This document shows positions 39,899 through 41,653 of a stretch of 41,653 bases of DNA, one piece after another. The stretch is from Methanobacteriota archaeon. GTDB taxonomy: Archaea; JAADCQ01; Methanopyri; Methanopyrales; Methanopyraceae. Location: NCBI GenBank assembly GCA_027064305.1, contig JAMOPY010000009.1:1-41653 (forward strand), given 5' to 3'. Made by a program: the position numbers and the translations under genes. Each line of letters opens with the position of its first letter. The stretch's first letter is position 1. The notes under the pieces were generated by a model. The model had not been told where the DNA came from. It saw nothing but the letters and a program-made list of their open reading frames with translations, and did not search any database.

Positions 39899-41494
39899 GT
39901 GGAGGAAGAGCGGTTGAGGATCGTGCGTGAGGTGGCGGAGCGGCATCGGGTGCTGCTGGACCCGGAGGCGGTGGAGCGGCTCGTCTCCTCGGAGGAGGAG
40001 CCGGAGGCGCTGGAGCGAGCGGATGAAATAGATTTGCCCGTGCTCACCGGCGAGCTCGTCTCCGGGGAGCTGGATCCGGAGTTCCTTGAGGGGATCGACG
40101 GGAGCGTCTACGAGGTCCTGGAGCGGGGTGAGGGGGAGGGAGGCGAGTCTGAGGAATCCACCGAGGTCGTGGTGGAGCACCGCTCGGAGACGCCCCCGGC
40201 GGCCGAGGTGGACGCGGAGGTGGAGATCGTTCAGGAGGCGCAGAGGGTGGACGCGGAGGGTAACGTGGAGGGTTTCGTGCAGCACTTTCGGGACCGGTTG
40301 GAGAAGCTGAAGCCCAAGGTGCGCCGCCTGTTCGACGGCGAGTGGGTGGACTCGCTGCGGGAGCTGGCGGCGAGGGCGCGGGAGGAGGCGGGCGTGTACT
40401 GCTTCGCCGGTCTGGTGACGAACGTGAGGGAGTCGGAGCGGGCCCAGGTGCTGATCCTGGAGGACGGAACGGGCGAGGTGCGCGTCGTGGTCCCCAAATC
40501 CAAGGCGCCCCGGGCGTTCGAGAAGGTGAAGCGGGAGGTGGCCCCGGGCGTGGTTCTCGGCGTGAAGGCGTTCGTCAAGGTGCAGCGTGGGACCACGGCG
40601 TTCGTGGGGGATCGGTACGGGGAGATCCTACTGCCGGGGGAGGGCGCCAGGAAGACCCGGAAGGCGCGGATCGAGGACGACGTCCGGGTGGTGTTCATCG
40701 GCGACGTGCACGTGGGCTCGAAGCGGTTTCGGGAGGATCTGTTCAAGAGGTTCATTGAGTGGTTGAACGATCCCAGCGATCCGGTCGCGGGTAAGGTGAA
40801 GTACGTGATGATCACGGGCGATATCGTGGACGGTATCGGGATCTACCCGGGGCAGCGCGAGGAGCTGGAGATCCTCGACATCGACCGGCAGTACGAGCGG
40901 TTCGCGCGGTACCTGGAGGAGTTCCCCGACTGGGTGGAGGTGGTGATCATCCCGGGCAACCACGACGCGATCCGGCAGGCGTTACCGCAGCCCAGCCTGC
41001 GCTCGTCGGACCCGGCGCAACCGCTGACCGAGCTGGACGGGGTGCACCTGCCCTCGAACCCGGCCCTGGTGCGGCTGCACGGGGAGCTGGAGGTCCTGAT
41101 GTTCCACGGGCAGTCGCTGGACGACATCATCCTGAGCCGACCGGACGCGGAGCACGATCCGAACGGCGTCCGGACGGCGGCGGAGGCCTGCCTGAGGGCG
41201 CGGCACCTGGTGCCCATGTACGGGGAGTCCGTGCCCATCGCGCCGCTCCCGGAGGATTACCTGGTCATCAACCGGCTGCCGCACGTGTTCGCCGTGGGGC
41301 ACACGCACATCAGGGCCCTGCACCACTGGCGGGGCTGCGACGTGATCTCCACGGCCACCTTCCAGGAGCAGACGGACTTCCAGCGGAAGGTGGGAATCGA
41401 GCCCACCGTGGGAAGGGTTATAGTCTACGACCCCACCCACGGAGGCCGGGACCCCGGTCGAAGGATGACCGTGATCAACCTGAAGGAGGCGTAG
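39899..41494 (+). CDS. polB: DNA polymerase D small subunit DP1 (proofreading exonuclease)
   Basis: OB fold (LEDGTG), GDVHVGS, GDIVDGIGIYPGQ, PGNHD, HGQSLDD, RHLVP, GHTH and FQEQTDFQ. GTG after GGGGTGAGG. Confidence 0.96.
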   Translation: MEEERLRIVREVAERHRVLLDPEAVERLVSSEEEPEALERADEIDLPVLTGELVSGELDPEFLEGIDGSVYEVLERGEGEGGESEESTEVVVEHRSETPPAAEVDAEVEIVQEAQRVDAEGNVEGFVQHFRDRLEKLKPKVRRLFDGEWVDSLRELAARAREEAGVYCFAGLVTNVRESERAQVLILEDGTGEVRVVVPKSKAPRAFEKVKREVAPGVVLGVKAFVKVQRGTTAFVGDRYGEILLPGEGARKTRKARIEDDVRVVFIGDVHVGSKRFREDLFKRFIEWLNDPSDPVAGKVKYVMITGDIVDGIGIYPGQREELEILDIDRQYERFARYLEEFPDWVEVVIIPGNHDAIRQALPQPSLRSSDPAQPLTELDGVHLPSNPALVRLHGELEVLMFHGQSLDDIILSRPDAEHDPNGVRTAAEACLRARHLVPMYGESVPIAPLPEDYLVINRLPHVFAVGHTHIRALHHWRGCDVISTATFQEQTDFQRKVGIEPTVGRVIVYDPTHGGRDPGRRMTVINLKEA

Positions 41495-41495
41495 C

Positions 41496-41653
41496 GTGGG
41501 GCTGGTTGGGGTGGAGCATCCGAGCGTGGACCGGGCCGTGCTGGTTCCGTTCACCAAGGTGGCGGCGGGGATCCTCCGGTTCTCGGACGTGGACGTCGTC
41601 GGAGCGTGCGACTACCGGGACCATCGGGTGGGGAAGAAGACCACCGAGGTCGT
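41496..41653 (+). CDS. 5' fragment of a CDS, possibly DUF1611-like
   Basis: Open frame ...PFTKVAAGILRFSDVDVVGACDYRDHRVGKKTTEV runs off the window. Resemblance to DUF1611 N-termini is from memory only. Confidence 0.45.
   Translation, partial: MGLVGVEHPSVDRAVLVPFTKVAAGILRFSDVDVVGACDYRDHRVGKKTTEV

Overview
High-GC, densely coding archaeal window. The methanogen cofactor genes (mfnB, cfbE, HcgD-like Nif3, FrhD-like protease), the very Glu/Arg-rich proteins and the orphan membrane proteins point to a Methanopyrus-type hyperthermophilic methanogen (inference). Most of it is core genome: a translation/secretion superoperon (rnp4-yhbY-rps19e-PDCD5-rpl39e-rpl31e-eif6-rpl18a-pfdA-ftsY-srp54), aroK-chorismate mutase-rps17e-dapA-argD, topA, guaB, apgM, purE, cbiC, ilvD, an aldehyde dehydrogenase, rpl7ae, pth2, infB, rdgB, rps15, a DHH nuclease, ndk and the PolD small subunit. 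Several features are not shown by the ORF track: a two-hairpin H/ACA-type guide RNA (11880-12037, minus strand), four C/D-box sRNAs with degenerate CCGA/CGGA D boxes, a K-turn-like rpl7ae leader beside a divergent sRNA, a 23-bp palindrome present twice (29298 and 33229), a probable CUG start for argD, rpl39e, and a PLD-nuclease-like gene running off the left edge. The best candidate for an undescribed system is a lower-GC HTH + PII-like (DUF2179-type) regulator with its own palindromic operator, heading a tight run of genes ending in ATP-grasp ligase, F430 synthase and ndk. No CRISPR array, tRNA, rRNA or mobile element was recognised. All calls come from reading motifs by eye; no searches were run.
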